Of a DNA stretch of 64,000 nucleotides, positions 53,460 to 63,120 are shown in pieces. The first letter of the stretch is position 1. The number at the start of each line of letters is the position of its first letter. This DNA is from an uncultured Chloroflexia bacterium (GTDB lineage Bacteria; Chloroflexota; Anaerolineae; JAAYZQ01). The translations under genes were made by a program, and so were the position numbers. The notes beneath the pieces were generated by a model. That model did no database searches and was not told the DNA's origin. It saw nothing but the letters and a program-made list of their open reading frames with translations. Location of the stretch: contig CAVOXA010000015.1 in NCBI GenBank assembly GCA_963700285.1, positions 128,001 to 192,000 of the forward strand, read 5' to 3'.

Positions 53460-54488
53460 ATGCAGACTGCGAGGCTGGGCAAGACTGAACTGTGGGTATC
53501 CAGGGTGGGATTTGGCGGCATTCCCATTCAGCGTTTGACTGAGGCGCAGGCAATCCGCGTGGTACATACCAGCCTGGACCTGGGTGTTACCCTTCTTGAC
53601 ACGGCCAATGGCTACACGACCAGTGAAGAGCGCATCGGCAAAGCATTGGCCGCCATGCCGGGACAGCGGCAGCAGGTCGTCATCGCGACCAAAACGGGAG
53701 CACGAGACGCCAACGGGGCTCAGGAACATCTGGATCTGAGTCTGAAGCGGCTGCAAATAGAGGCCATCGACCTATGGCAGTTCCACAACGTCAGTACGCT
53801 CGAGGCGTACGAAAAGGTGCTTGGGCCAGGCGGAGCGATGGAAACGGCGCGGCGGGCCCAGGAAGCGGGCAAGATCCGCCACATTGGCATCACCAGCCAC
53901 TCGATGGACATGGCCCTGAAAGCTGTATCTTCAGGCTACTTTGAGACGATCCAATTCCCCTTTAACTTTGTCACGAACGAGGCCGCGGAGCGATTGGTCC
54001 CCTTGGCCAGGGAGCATGATCTGGGCTTCATCGCCATGAAACCTTTTGCTGGCGGATTGCTGGATGACGCCAACCTGGCACTCAAGTACCTGCTGCAGTT
54101 CGAGGGCGTCGTACCTGACCCAGGTATCGAGGTAGTTGAGGAGATCGAAGAGATCGCCGGCGTCGTCTCTGGGTCGTGGGCTCTCTCAGTCCAGGAGCAG
54201 CGCAAGATGGAGCGCATCCGTGACGAGGCCGGTACGCGCTTTTGTCGTCGCTGTGGCTACTGTGAACCCTGCGAGCAGGGTGTACGCATTTCCCTGGTTA
54301 TGAACCTGCGAAGCGCTATGCAGCGTTTCCCAGCCGACAGATTGAGTGCTGGGCCGCTCGCCGATGCCGTGGAAGGCGCCAGACATTGTATTGAGTGCGG
54401 CGAGTGCGAAGAGAAATGCCCGTATCACCTGCCAATCCGTGAGATGATCTGGGAAAATCTCGAGTATTACGATAGCGTGGTATCTTGA
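53460..54488 (+). CDS. Aldo/keto reductase with C-terminal 4Fe-4S domain
   Basis: LGKTEL.VSRVGFG, DTANGY, IATK, AMKPFAGG; CRRCGYCEPC and CIECGECEEKCP. Confidence 0.9.
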   Translation: MQTARLGKTELWVSRVGFGGIPIQRLTEAQAIRVVHTSLDLGVTLLDTANGYTTSEERIGKALAAMPGQRQQVVIATKTGARDANGAQEHLDLSLKRLQIEAIDLWQFHNVSTLEAYEKVLGPGGAMETARRAQEAGKIRHIGITSHSMDMALKAVSSGYFETIQFPFNFVTNEAAERLVPLAREHDLGFIAMKPFAGGLLDDANLALKYLLQFEGVVPDPGIEVVEEIEEIAGVVSGSWALSVQEQRKMERIRDEAGTRFCRRCGYCEPCEQGVRISLVMNLRSAMQRFPADRLSAGPLADAVEGARHCIECGECEEKCPYHLPIREMIWENLEYYDSVVS

Positions 54489-54543
54489 GGTAGAAGCCCG
54501 TATGGGCCTGCCTTTGTCTCAACCTTTGTGAAGGAGCGTAGCC

Positions 54544-55422
54544 ATGAAACTTATCGATCTGACTATTCCTCTGGGCATTGGTACACCGCCGTGGCCCACC
54601 TATGAGCCGTTGCAGGTCAAGTATTTCAAGCGGTTGGCCCCCAACGGGGCCAATGGCCAGTTGCTCACCCATTCGAACCACCTAGGTACGCACCTGGATG
54701 GTGAGATTCACTTTTACACCCCCGGCAAGGACATCGCCCAGTTGGAGCTGAACGATTTCTTGGTAGGTCCGGGCGTTGTCGTGGATCTCTCCGATGCCAC
54801 CGGCGATTACCAGATCTATACCTCAGAGATGATCGAGGAGCGTGTAGAGGTCCGGGATGGCGACATCCTTATCATCCATACCGGTTACCACCACTTTGGC
54901 TGGGACATGCCCCATGCCGACGAAGTCCGCTACATGGTCCAGCACTCTGGTCCAGACCGGGAGTTCACCGAATGGGCCAAGGAGAAAAAGATCAAGTGGA
55001 TCGGAGTTGACTGTGGCAGTGCCGACCATCCCATGAATACCATCATTCGCGACTGGATGCCCCGCCAGGCCGCCGAGGCCGACAGGGTTTTCCAGGATAT
55101 GTACGGCGCGACCCTGGCCGAGCGCTTTACGCCAGACAAGTACCAGTTGATGCACCTGGAGATGTTCCCCGACCATATCATTCATGCCGAGTGCGTCGGT
55201 GGGGAGATCGACCTGCTGGTCAACCGGCGGGCCACCATCGGCTTCTTCCCTTGGCGCTTTGTCGACGGAGAGTCCTGCATCGGTCGCTGCGTGGCCATGG
55301 TCGACGATGACGAGTACGAGGAGCTGATGGCCCGCAAGGCGGAACTGCCCCAGACCCGCTTCGGCGATTGCTATGATCCGGAGCACGTGGAGCGGATCAA
55401 GCGGTTGACCAAGCGCTTCTAG
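54544..55422 (+). CDS. Cyclase (kynurenine formamidase-like metal hydrolase)
   Basis: HLGTHLDGEIH, GDILIIHTG, GVDCGSADHPMNT and MH...HAE. Confidence 0.9.
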   Translation: MKLIDLTIPLGIGTPPWPTYEPLQVKYFKRLAPNGANGQLLTHSNHLGTHLDGEIHFYTPGKDIAQLELNDFLVGPGVVVDLSDATGDYQIYTSEMIEERVEVRDGDILIIHTGYHHFGWDMPHADEVRYMVQHSGPDREFTEWAKEKKIKWIGVDCGSADHPMNTIIRDWMPRQAAEADRVFQDMYGATLAERFTPDKYQLMHLEMFPDHIIHAECVGGEIDLLVNRRATIGFFPWRFVDGESCIGRCVAMVDDDEYEELMARKAELPQTRFGDCYDPEHVERIKRLTKRF

Positions 55423-55460
55423 CAGTGGCCGCGATGTGCCGAACATGCGCATGTCAGCGG

Positions 55461-55523
55461 TGACGGAGGACGAGGGACGCATGCAAGACCAGGAAATGGC
55501 CCTTCGTCCCTCGTCCTCCGTCA
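55461..55523. repeat. 19-bp perfect inverted repeat built from ~7-mer units
   Basis: TGACGGAGGACGAGGGACG / CGTCCCTCGTCCTCCGTCA. Confidence 0.8.
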
Positions 55524-55583
55524 GTCATACCCTGATCGTAACGTATCGTCCAAAGCGACGTTGATTTGTGAGGAGATAGCTTG

Positions 55584-56792
55584 ATGCAACCACTAGAAGG
55601 TATCCGTGTGCTGGACCTGACCCGAATTCTGGCCGGGCCCTACTGTACCATGATGTTGGGCGACCTGGGGGCGGACGTAATCAAGGTAGAGCAACCTGGC
55701 CGGGGCGACGATTCACGAAGTTGGGGACCGCCGTTTGTGGGTGAGTCCTGCGGGCCTTTTCCTGGTGAGGCAGCCTACTTTTTGGCCGCCAACCGGAACA
55801 AACGTGGAATTACGGTCAATCTCAAGGCGCCAGAAGGGCGGGAGATCGTACGCCAGCTGGCGCGTGCCTCGGATGTGCTGGTGGAGAATTTCCGCGGCGG
55901 TACCCTGGAACGGATGGGGCTGGGCTACGAGGATCTGCGAGGTCTGAATCTACGCCTTGTCTACTGTTCTATCAGTGGCTATGGCCGTACTGGCCCTTAC
56001 GCTGATCGGCCCGGCTACGATTTCATCATCCAGGCTGAAGGCGGGATGATGGGTATCACCGGGCCCGAGGAGGGGCAGCCGTATCGGGTTGGGATCCCTA
56101 TCGTGGACATTGCGACTGGTATGTTTGCGAGTACGGCCATTTTGGCCGCGCTCCGGGCCCGCGATTTGACGGGGGAAGGACAGTACGTGGATATGTCCCT
56201 CCTGGATTCACAGGTGGCGGTGCTGACCAACGTGGCATCCAACTATCTGGTTGGGGGGCAGGGTCCGCGGCGGCTGGGCAATGCACACCCCAACATCACG
56301 CCCTACGAGGCTTTTCGCGCACGGGACAAGTGGTTTGCCCTGGCTGCGGGCAATGAACGGCAATGGGCCATCCTGTGCAACGTTATCGACCGGCCAGAGT
56401 TGAAGGACGATCCTCGTTTTGTCGACAACAGTAGCCGGGTGGCGAACCGGGCAGTGCTACGCGAGGTGCTTGATGGCGCCTTTGCAGCACGTGACGCTGC
56501 CGAGTGGCTGGCCGAGTTCCGCAGCGCCGGGCTCCCTTGCGGGCCGATCAATTCGGTTCCGGAGGTCTTTCAGCATCCCCAGGCCGAAGCTCGGTCGTTC
56601 GTGCTGGAGGCTGAGCACCCGACTGCCGGTACGGTACGGTTTCCCGGATTCCCCTATAAACTCTCCGCGACCCCTGCGGCCATACGCCGGCCACCCCCAC
56701 GGTTGGGCGAGCACACGGAAGAGGTGCTGCAGGATCTGCTGGGCTATGCTGCCGAGGAGGTGTCGGCCCTCCGAGAACGCGAGGTTGTGTAG
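55584..56792 (+). CDS. Class III CoA transferase (CaiB/BaiF, formyl-CoA transferase family)
   Basis: PLEGIRVLDL..LAGP, LGADVIKVE, NRNKR, ENFR, SISGYG and PRLGEHT. Confidence 0.93.
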   Translation: MQPLEGIRVLDLTRILAGPYCTMMLGDLGADVIKVEQPGRGDDSRSWGPPFVGESCGPFPGEAAYFLAANRNKRGITVNLKAPEGREIVRQLARASDVLVENFRGGTLERMGLGYEDLRGLNLRLVYCSISGYGRTGPYADRPGYDFIIQAEGGMMGITGPEEGQPYRVGIPIVDIATGMFASTAILAALRARDLTGEGQYVDMSLLDSQVAVLTNVASNYLVGGQGPRRLGNAHPNITPYEAFRARDKWFALAAGNERQWAILCNVIDRPELKDDPRFVDNSSRVANRAVLREVLDGAFAARDAAEWLAEFRSAGLPCGPINSVPEVFQHPQAEARSFVLEAEHPTAGTVRFPGFPYKLSATPAAIRRPPPRLGEHTEEVLQDLLGYAAEEVSALREREVV

Positions 56793-56848
56793 AGACGAGC
56801 GCATCTGGGAATCTGTACAGACCCTTCTAGTGCGTACAGAGTAAGGAG

Positions 56849-57751
56849 GTGACTGAGGTGTTTGCCAGGCCTGGTTTGCCCAGCTTTGACTATGTTCGAC
56901 CGGGCACAGCCGATGAGGTGACCGGCCTCTTGCAGGAGCACGGTGAGGCCGCGCGGCTATTGATGGGCGGTACCGACCTGTTCCCTGGCTTGCGGGATGG
57001 CGCATTCCGTCCCAAGGTAGTCGTGGACGTCAAGGGCTTGCCCGGCATGGGCGACATCTTGTTCGACAGGGAAACAGGGCTGACCGTCGGAGCGGCCGTG
57101 ACGATGAACGCTTTGGCCAACCACCCAGACGTGCAGGTGCATTATCCGCTGCTGGCCGAGGCGGCCGGAACGGTAGCGTCTTATCAGATACGCAACCGAG
57201 CTACCCTCGGTGGCAACCTGTGCAATGCTTCTCCTTGCGCTGACACATCTCCGGCAACGCTTGTATTGGAGGCTCACTTTGGCCTGTACGGTCCCAGTGG
57301 GCAGAGGACTGTCCCCGCCGGCGAGTTCTTTGTCGGGCCAGGCCAGACAGTGCTCCAGCCTGGCGAGCTGATGACGGCCATCCGCTTCCCACCCCTGCCA
57401 GCCGGTGCAGCGGGCCGCTACCTCAAGCTGGGCCGCTGCAAGTCAGGTGACCTTGCCCTCGTCGGCGTGGCCATCCTCGGTTACCCTGACGGGACGCGTT
57501 CCGGATACAAGCATCGCCTTGGGCTGGGCTCGGTCGCACCGACGCCGTTGCGGGTGGAGGAAGCAGAAGATATCCTAGCCGTGGCGCCCCCGGGAGAAGA
57601 TGCCTTTGTCCTGGCCGCCGAGAGGGCGATGGGGGTCGCTTCCCCCATTAGCGACGTCCGCGGCGGCGCGAGCTACCAGAAGGCCATGGTGCGCGCGCTC
57701 ACGCTGCGCGGCTTGCGAGATGTCTGGAAGCAGATGAAGGAGGGAGAGTGA
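56849..57751 (+). CDS. Xanthine dehydrogenase-family FAD subunit
   Basis: MGGTDL, QIRNRATLGGNLCNASP and PISDVRG. Confidence 0.92.
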   Translation: MTEVFARPGLPSFDYVRPGTADEVTGLLQEHGEAARLLMGGTDLFPGLRDGAFRPKVVVDVKGLPGMGDILFDRETGLTVGAAVTMNALANHPDVQVHYPLLAEAAGTVASYQIRNRATLGGNLCNASPCADTSPATLVLEAHFGLYGPSGQRTVPAGEFFVGPGQTVLQPGELMTAIRFPPLPAGAAGRYLKLGRCKSGDLALVGVAILGYPDGTRSGYKHRLGLGSVAPTPLRVEEAEDILAVAPPGEDAFVLAAERAMGVASPISDVRGGASYQKAMVRALTLRGLRDVWKQMKEGE

Positions 57752-57752
57752 C

Positions 57753-58226
57753 GTGGCTACACACGCAATCACCCTGACGGTGAACGGCGCCAAGGAGCGC
57801 CTGGACGTCCCCTCTAACATGACCCTGCTGCAAATGCTTCGGGAGAAACTGGCCCTCACCGGCACCAAGAATGGCTGCGAGGCTGGGGAGTGTGGGGCCT
57901 GTACCGTGTTGCTGGACGGCGAACCGGTAAACTCGTGCATGGTGCTGGCTGTTGAAGCCGATGGCCGGGAGGTCTTGACGGTAGAAGGGCTGGCCCCGGA
58001 GGGGGGATTGAGACCTTTGCAGGAGGCATTTGTGGAGCACAACGCTGTACAGTGTGGCTTCTGCACGCCAGGAATGCTGATGTCGGCGACCGCATTGCTG
58101 GAGCGGAATCCAGAGCCAACTGAGCAAGAGATCAGAGAGGCGCTGGTCGGCAACCTGTGCCGCTGCACGGGCTATGTACGTATTGTCGACGCCGTTCAGG
58201 CAGCAGTGAGCAGAGGAGGTGCGTAG
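57753..58226 (+). CDS. Xanthine dehydrogenase-family [2Fe-2S] subunit
   Basis: GTKNGCEAGECGAC, QCGFCTPG and NLCRCTGY. Confidence 0.93.
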   Translation: MATHAITLTVNGAKERLDVPSNMTLLQMLREKLALTGTKNGCEAGECGACTVLLDGEPVNSCMVLAVEADGREVLTVEGLAPEGGLRPLQEAFVEHNAVQCGFCTPGMLMSATALLERNPEPTEQEIREALVGNLCRCTGYVRIVDAVQAAVSRGGA

Positions 58227-58227
58227 A

Positions 58228-60585
58228 ATGGCCAATCTTGCCTCTGAGGGGTTCACTTCTGAGCCCGTTGGCAAAAGTGTGCCGCGCATCGATGCCTACG
58301 AAAAGGTCACTGGGTCGGCAGTGTTTTCCGATGACCTGCAGTTTGGTCCTGGGCTCTACTATGGGCGTCTGGTCCGGAGTCCTCACGCCCATGCTCTGAT
58401 CAAGGACATCAACGTAAACAAAGCCCTGGAGATGCCCGGCGTCAAGGCCGTCGTTACAGGGGAGGATGTACCCAACAATATCGGTCTGTACCTCATCGAC
58501 CGGCCCATCTTTGCCCGGGGCCGCGTCCGTTACGTCGGCGAACCCGTCGCCGGAGTTGTAGCCACCAGCGAGGAGATAGCCCACGAGGCGGTCCAACTCG
58601 TCGAGGTGGAATACGAGGAACTGCCAGCCGTATTTGACCCGATACGGGGCGCTCAGCCTGATGCGCCTTTGCTCCACCCAAACTTGGGCGAGTACGAGGT
58701 CGCCAACTTTATCTTTCCTAACCCAGGTACCAACATTTCGGAGCATTTCAAGCTACGCCGTGGGGATGTGGAAGCGGCATGGTCCCGATGCGCGGCCGTC
58801 GTGGAGGGGACCTTCCATTTGCCCCAGATCCAGCACGTGCCTATCGAACCCCATGTTGCTGTGAGTCACTGGGAGGGATCTGGGGAGGTCACCTTGTGGA
58901 CCTGCTCCCAGTCGCCCTTTGCTCAGCGCGATTTGGTGGCTCAGAGTCTAGGCATCCCCCACGGCAACCTGCGGGTGGTGGCGCCCTACGTCGGCGGTGG
59001 CTTTGGCGGCAAGGCCGGCATTTCTATGGAGGTCTGCGCGGTGGTTATGGCCCGGGCAGTCAAGGGGCATCCGGTCAAGCTGCGCATGACGCGCGAGGAG
59101 GAGTTCATCGGCACGTCGGTGCGCCAGAGCCTGGTAGCTCAGACCAAGATCGGCTGCGACGCTGAGGGCAACCTGCTGGCCATGGAGACCCAGTATTACT
59201 TTGGCGGTGGAGCCTACAACGACTATGGTGTCAACGTCGCCCGAGCAGCAGGCTACTCGTGTACCGGTCCCTACTTGATCCCTAATGTCAAGGGTGATTC
59301 CTACTGCGTTTACACGAATCAACCCATCGGCAGCGCCATGCGCGGCTTTGGTATGCCCGAGATCCATTGGGGCATCGAGCAGATCATAGACCAGCTTGCC
59401 GAAAAGATCGCGATGGATCCCGCCGAGTTCCGGCGGCGCAATTGCGTCAAGACCGATGCCACCATCCTGACCGGTATGAAGATGCCGCCCATTGACCTGG
59501 TGGCCTGCATCGACAAGGCTACCGAGGCAGTCAACTGGGGCAGGACAGAGGCTGCCTCTGCTCCGCACAAGGTACGCGGCAAAGGCCTGGCCATCATGTG
59601 GAAAGCTCCAGCCATGCCGCCCAATCCCGGCAGCGCCGCCATCATTCACTTTAACGAGAACGCCACGGTCAATGTCTTGATCGGCGCCCAGGACCTGGGC
59701 CAGGGCGCCTTCACCGTCCTGGCCCAGATGGCGGCCCAAGCTCTGGGTGTGCCATACGAATGGGTGAGTGTCTCCGTACCGGTGGATACCAAGTACAGCC
59801 CCTACGAATGGCAGACGGTTGCCAGCCGTATCACCTGGTCCACCGGCAATGCGGTGCGGTCGGCGGCCCTAGATGCCCGACGGCAGATCCTGGAGGTCGT
59901 GGCCAAGCACTGGGGCGAAACCCCAGAAGATCTGGATATCAAGGATGGTGTGGTCTTTTCCTACCGGTCCGAGGAGGAGCAGCCACTTCAGAACATGGTC
60001 GTCTACGGGCTGCCCAACGAGGGCTTTGAGGGTTGGAAGGGAGGCCCCATCGTCGGTCAGGGGAAATTCATGCCCACCTATGTCACTAATCTTGATTTCG
60101 AGACTGGTCAGGGCACCCGTGCTGTCGTACACTATACCGTCGGCGCCCAGGCGGTTGATCTGGAGGTTGACACCGAGACCGGGGAGATCGACGTGCTCAA
60201 GATCGCCAGCGTGTACGATGTGGGCAAGGCCATCAACCCCGATCTGATCCTGACCCAGATCGAGGGTGGGGCAGTGCATGGCATGAGTTCGGCTTATGAG
60301 GCGCTCCATTTTGACGAAAAGGGGCGGCCTCTGAACCCGAATATGGTCGACTACCGTATCGCCACGGCCATGGATACTCCCGGCGAGATCCACGGCGACT
60401 TTGTCGAGACGCCGTTGGAGGATGGCCCCTGGGGCGCTCGGGGCGTGGGCGAACACGTGATGGTCCAGACCGCGCCGGCCATGGCCAATGCCATCTACGA
60501 TGCGCTGGGTATTCGCTTCAGCGAACTACCACTTTCGGCGGAGAAGGTCTTTTTGGCTTTGCAGGACCTACCTGCAGAGAGCTAG
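58228..60585 (+). CDS. Xanthine dehydrogenase-family molybdopterin subunit
   Basis: KVTG, VGGGFGGK, AMRGFG, QDLGQG, ASR, QIEGG and GARGVGE. Confidence 0.93.
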   Translation: MANLASEGFTSEPVGKSVPRIDAYEKVTGSAVFSDDLQFGPGLYYGRLVRSPHAHALIKDINVNKALEMPGVKAVVTGEDVPNNIGLYLIDRPIFARGRVRYVGEPVAGVVATSEEIAHEAVQLVEVEYEELPAVFDPIRGAQPDAPLLHPNLGEYEVANFIFPNPGTNISEHFKLRRGDVEAAWSRCAAVVEGTFHLPQIQHVPIEPHVAVSHWEGSGEVTLWTCSQSPFAQRDLVAQSLGIPHGNLRVVAPYVGGGFGGKAGISMEVCAVVMARAVKGHPVKLRMTREEEFIGTSVRQSLVAQTKIGCDAEGNLLAMETQYYFGGGAYNDYGVNVARAAGYSCTGPYLIPNVKGDSYCVYTNQPIGSAMRGFGMPEIHWGIEQIIDQLAEKIAMDPAEFRRRNCVKTDATILTGMKMPPIDLVACIDKATEAVNWGRTEAASAPHKVRGKGLAIMWKAPAMPPNPGSAAIIHFNENATVNVLIGAQDLGQGAFTVLAQMAAQALGVPYEWVSVSVPVDTKYSPYEWQTVASRITWSTGNAVRSAALDARRQILEVVAKHWGETPEDLDIKDGVVFSYRSEEEQPLQNMVVYGLPNEGFEGWKGGPIVGQGKFMPTYVTNLDFETGQGTRAVVHYTVGAQAVDLEVDTETGEIDVLKIASVYDVGKAINPDLILTQIEGGAVHGMSSAYEALHFDEKGRPLNPNMVDYRIATAMDTPGEIHGDFVETPLEDGPWGARGVGEHVMVQTAPAMANAIYDALGIRFSELPLSAEKVFLALQDLPAES

Positions 60586-61543
60586 ACATCCACAGGAACC
60601 CTGTCAGGGTATCTGCCCCAGAGGTGTGACCATGGGACAGGACGTTCGTCGCAGTGTTCACGAGTTGATCTTCTCTGCCTTTTGCCAATGCATCCAGTAG
60701 ATGATGCCAGGCAGCGCTGCATTCTCCCTCTGCTGCTGCCCTGAGAAAAGCCGCAGAGAGTATTGTGGTCCGAGGTGCAGCCATCTCGATGATCTCATAA
60801 CAGAGGCGGCGGGGAGTAGGGTGGGCTAGCCAGGCCCAGAGCATGAACCCGATCAGAAAATCATCGCCAGCTGGCGTGAGGCCACTCCCCAGCCCCGCCA
60901 GTTGCGTGGCACCCTCTCGCAGTGAAGTCGTGTCCCCCTTCCACCCGATTTGTAGAGCTTCTGCGCCAGCCAGGGCTGACGCGAGAAAGGCGAGAGCGAG
61001 GTCCTGTCGTAAGGGATCCGATGGAGCCCCTTGTACCCCACCTCGCATTTCGCTCCTTCTGGTCTGCAGTCCGCCCGACTCGGACAGCCCCATCGTCAAG
61101 AGCGTGAGCAGGCTACCTTGGGGGTTTTTGGACAGGGCGATAGATTGCAGGAGGGCAAGCCGCTGCGTGATAACCCGCTGATAGACCCTAAGGCGCTCCC
61201 AGAGGGCCCGGGGCTCCCAGACCCTGGCTTCGCTCAGGGCGATGACCAACTCGCCAACTTGCAGGTGCCTCCCGGTCAAATGGGCTGGCATCCCCGGCTT
61301 GACAGCGGCAAAAACGCCTTGCTCGCCGTCGATCACGATGTTGAGTGGCCCATCGCCGATCTGAGGCAACACCAGAGTGGCCACGGTACCGTCGGAGGTC
61401 ACCAGACTGCAAGCTCGATCAAATACAGCCAACACCCGGGTGACGAGCGTCTCCCCCTCGATCTGCTCCCATACCCGGCGGCTAATGGAGCGGGCTCGCA
61501 GATCCGCTTTCTGCGGTTCGATTACAGCGTGACTTTTAGGCAA
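60518..61543 (-). CDS. DUF2877 protein (YlbF/YahE, AllH-like)
   Basis: LAGLGSGLTPAGDDFLIG, RTTILS and GHTSGADTLTG. Confidence 0.85.
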   Translation of the reverse strand: MPKSHAVIEPQKADLRARSISRRVWEQIEGETLVTRVLAVFDRACSLVTSDGTVATLVLPQIGDGPLNIVIDGEQGVFAAVKPGMPAHLTGRHLQVGELVIALSEARVWEPRALWERLRVYQRVITQRLALLQSIALSKNPQGSLLTLLTMGLSESGGLQTRRSEMRGGVQGAPSDPLRQDLALAFLASALAGAEALQIGWKGDTTSLREGATQLAGLGSGLTPAGDDFLIGFMLWAWLAHPTPRRLCYEIIEMAAPRTTILSAAFLRAAAEGECSAAWHHLLDALAKGREDQLVNTATNVLSHGHTSGADTLTGFLWMSSSLQVGPAKPKRPSPPKVVVR

Positions 61544-61584
61544 GCACGCTCATCTCCGGGACCGTCCCCCGAGCGGGATCCGAC

Positions 61585-62088
61585 TCACCATCTCCCTGTG
61601 TGAATCCTTGCCGGATCATATTGGGTACGGGCCTCTTTCTCCTCGCCCGGGTAGCCGAGAGATAGCAGGCTCAACACTCCGATATCGTCAGGGATGCCCA
61701 ATGCATCGCGGACGGCTTGTTCTCGCTCTGGCCGGAAGTGGCTGCCAAGCCACACGCCCCCTAGCCCCATCCCAGCCGCTGCAATCAGGATATTTTCGGT
61801 TGCCGCCGAGCAGTCCTGGACCCACCAGGCGGAGATAGATGGGTCGCCGCACACAGCGATGGCCAATGATGCGTTGGCCAGCATCTTGCCAAAGGGGTGA
61901 GCGTCCGCCAGGGCCTTCAAGTCTGCCTTGTCCGTCACCACCACAAAATGCCACGGCTTCTGGTTCGATGCCGATGGCGCAGCCATGCCCGCTTCCAGCA
62001 GACTCTTTTTCTCTGCCTCGCCTACCGGTTCGCCCGTGTACACGCGGATGCTCCGCCGGGCAAAGATGATCTTGAGTCGATCGTCCAT
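61585..62088 (-). CDS. Nitroreductase family protein
   Basis: RRSIR, APSASNQKPWHF, QDCSAATENIL and LGGVWLG. Confidence 0.92.
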   Translation of the reverse strand: MDDRLKIIFARRSIRVYTGEPVGEAEKKSLLEAGMAAPSASNQKPWHFVVVTDKADLKALADAHPFGKMLANASLAIAVCGDPSISAWWVQDCSAATENILIAAAGMGLGGVWLGSHFRPEREQAVRDALGIPDDIGVLSLLSLGYPGEEKEARTQYDPARIHTGRW

Positions 62089-62355
62089 GTGTGTCTCCTC
62101 TTGTGTGTTTGTAGAACAACCCTGCTTTTCCTGGGATCCCAAAGTACTGGACAGCAAGAAGCCCAGCTCTTCCCAGTATACGACAGTGGCAGAAAAAGTG
62201 CAAGCGTCCCCTGTAGCCATAGCCACGACTGGTCCGAACTGAGGGCGCGCAGCGAACTCGTTCACCACCGCTTGCAATCACCTGCGCCCTGTGGTATAGT
62301 GAACCTGAGCGAATCTGAGCGCGTCATTCTCTGCGGGCTCCGCGTGATCCGATCA

Positions 62356-62862
62356 ATGAACGTCAGCTACGAACAGACGGCCAGCGCTTATGCGGCCCAC
62401 CGCCACACACATGGGGGCGTATCTTGCGTGCTGTGCAATTGGGATGGGTTAGGCCCAGGCGTCAGGGTGCTCGAAGTGGGTTGCGGAACCGGTAACTATA
62501 TCCGGGCCCTGAGCAAGTGCCAAAGTTGGGACGCCTACGGCCTGGATCCCTCAGCCGCCATGCTGGTCCAGGCGAGGACTGAACCGGAACCTGTGTCCCT
62601 GATTCTGAGCCGCGCCGAACAGATGACCTTCGCTGCTGATACATTTGACCTGATCTTTTCCGTTGATGTGATTCATCATGTCGACGACAAGGCAGCTTTC
62701 TATGCCGGGGTGGCGCGGGGATTGCGTCCTGGCGGTCAAGTGTGCACTGTAACCGACTCGGCTGATATCATCCGCCGCCGAGAAGTGTTGTCTGGATACT
62801 TTCCCGAGACCGTTGATCGGGAGTTGGCTCGCTATCCGCGTATCAGCCAGCTCGAGGCATAG
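62356..62862 (+). CDS. Class I SAM-dependent methyltransferase, probably C-terminally truncated
   Basis: VLEVGCGTG, GLDPSAAML, FDLIF and LRPGG; only 168 aa. Confidence 0.75.
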   Translation: MNVSYEQTASAYAAHRHTHGGVSCVLCNWDGLGPGVRVLEVGCGTGNYIRALSKCQSWDAYGLDPSAAMLVQARTEPEPVSLILSRAEQMTFAADTFDLIFSVDVIHHVDDKAAFYAGVARGLRPGGQVCTVTDSADIIRRREVLSGYFPETVDRELARYPRISQLEA

Positions 62863-63120
62863 CAGGCGGGACTGGAACGCTTGGAGAGAGACGTCGCCCG
62901 CGGCCCGGTCCCGGGCGTGTCGTGCTATGCTTGTGTGTGGGGACGCAAAAGGTGATAGAGGCGCAGTACCACCGGCGGGTCGGTGTGGCAATGTACAGGG
63001 TTGGGTCCGGAACCGGAACCAAAGGGTAACTCTGCGGAAGCGGGAAACCCAGCCCACCCGCATTCTCAAGTTCGTCAGCCTAGCCAGGAGGATATCGTGC
63101 CCGAGCAGAGTACAGTCCAC

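Noticed and set aside
62940-63070. Lysine or c-di-GMP riboswitch upstream of the amylase-like gene
   Set aside because: Only short fragments (AGAGGCGC, GGGACGCAAA) resemble the consensus; the remaining conserved elements and a fitting gene context are lacking.
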